A stretch of DNA of 64,000 nt from Eledone cirrhosa (taxonomy: Eukaryota), in assembly GCA_964016885.1 (NCBI GenBank), contig OZ024757.1, forward strand, positions 7,936,001 through 8,000,000. The letters are read 5' to 3'. Position 1 is the first letter of the stretch; each line of letters opens with the position of its first letter. Shown here one piece after another: positions 62,848 to 64,000 of the stretch. The translations under genes were made by a program, and so were the position numbers. The notes beneath the pieces are model-generated. The model had not been told where the DNA came from and made no database searches. It was given only the letters and a program-made list of their open reading frames with translations.

Positions 62848-64000
62848 ATGCGAATACATACAGGGGATATGTCATATCACTGTGATATCTGTGGTAAATC
62901 TTTCTCTGAAAGTATCGCCTTAACTAGACACAAACGTATACATACAAGAGACAAGCCATACCACTGTGATATCTGTGGTAAATCATTCTCTCAAAGTAGT
63001 ACCTTAACTAGCCACAAGCGTATACATACAGGAGACAAGCCATATCACTGTGATATCTGTGGTAAATCATTCTCTCAAAGTAGTCCCTTAACTAGACACA
63101 AACGTATACATACAGGAGACAAGCCATATCACTGTGATATCTGTGGTAAATCATTCTCTGTAAGTGGTCACTTAACTAAACACAAACGTATACATACAGG
63201 AGACAAGCCATATCACTGTGATATCTGTGGTAAATCATTCTCTCATAGTAGTAACTTAACTAGCCACAAACGTATACATACAGGAGACACGCCATACCAC
63301 TGTGATATCTGTGGTAAATCATTCTCTCAAAGTAGTACCTTAACTAGCCACAAGCGTATACATACAGGAGACAAGCCATATCACTGTGATATCTGTGGTA
63401 AATCATCCTCTGAAAGTAATGCCTTAACTAGACACAAACGTATACATACAGGAGACACGCCATACCACTGTGATATCTGTGGTAAATCATACTCTGATAG
63501 TAGTAACTTAACTAGACACAAACGTATACATACAGGAGACAAGCCATATCACTGTGATATCTGTGGTAAATCATTCTCTCGAAGTAGTCACTTAGCTTCC
63601 CACAAACATATACATACAGGGGAGACGCCATACCACTGTGATATCTGTGGTAAATCATTCTCTGATAGTAGTTCCTTAACTAACCACAAACGTATACATA
63701 CAGGAGACAAGCCATACCACTGTGATATCTGTGGTAAATTATTCTCTCGAAGTAGTACCTTAACTAGCCACAAACATATACATACAGGAGACAAGCCATA
63801 TCACTGTGATATCTGTGGTAAATCATTCTCATTAAGTAGTACCTTAACTAGCCACAAACGTACCCATACAGGGGACAAGCCTTATCACTGTGATATCTGT
63901 GGTAAATCATTCTCATTAATTAGTACCTTAACTAGCCACAAACGTACCCATACAGGAGACAAGCCATACCACTGTGATATCTGTGGTAAATCATTCTCTC
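62848..64000 (+). CDS. C2H2 zinc-finger array (13+ intact fingers), open to the window end
   Basis: In-frame ATG at 62848 ([19 protein letters not shown]...), 84-bp [16 protein letters not shown] repeats with no stop to 64000; use of this start is inferred. Confidence 0.7.
   Translation, partial: MRIHTGDMSYHCDICGKSFSESIALTRHKRIHTRDKPYHCDICGKSFSQSSTLTSHKRIHTGDKPYHCDICGKSFSQSSPLTRHKRIHTGDKPYHCDICGKSFSVSGHLTKHKRIHTGDKPYHCDICGKSFSHSSNLTSHKRIHTGDTPYHCDICGKSFSQSSTLTSHKRIHTGDKPYHCDICGKSSSESNALTRHKRIHTGDTPYHCDICGKSYSDSSNLTRHKRIHTGDKPYHCDICGKSFSRSSHLASHKHIHTGETPYHCDICGKSFSDSSSLTNHKRIHTGDKPYHCDICGKLFSRSSTLTSHKHIHTGDKPYHCDICGKSFSLSSTLTSHKRTHTGDKPYHCDICGKSFSLISTLTSHKRTHTGDKPYHCDICGKSFS

Overview
AT-rich, repeat-dense eukaryotic DNA. 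The C2H2 gene style and the SINE/RTE families point to a cephalopod (Octopus-like) C2H2 zinc-finger cluster; this assignment is inference. The window holds one apparently intact 9-finger gene (34853-35746), one long finger array running off the right edge (62848-64000) and four disrupted paralogues, arranged in direct and inverted segmental duplications. These are interspersed with an intact-looking hAT transposase, an internally deleted mariner, many RTE and two CRE-type LINE fragments, a young non-autonomous LTR element with apparently identical LTRs, a Helitron-like insertion, several MITEs and tRNA-derived SINEs. Two observations stand out. (1) A well-formed type I hammerhead ribozyme (2784-2860) sits at the 3' end of a non-coding dispersed repeat next to (TA)n; a core-mutated second copy is at 54958-55033 and a decayed minimal hammerhead at 10166-10211. 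(2) Several tandem arrays can each be traced to a parent sequence: an 80-bp unit from a zinc-finger repeat, a 61-bp unit from an RTE reverse-transcriptase motif, a 40-bp unit inside a hAT MITE and a SINE-internal unit. All calls were made by eye; the edges of degenerate repeats are approximate.
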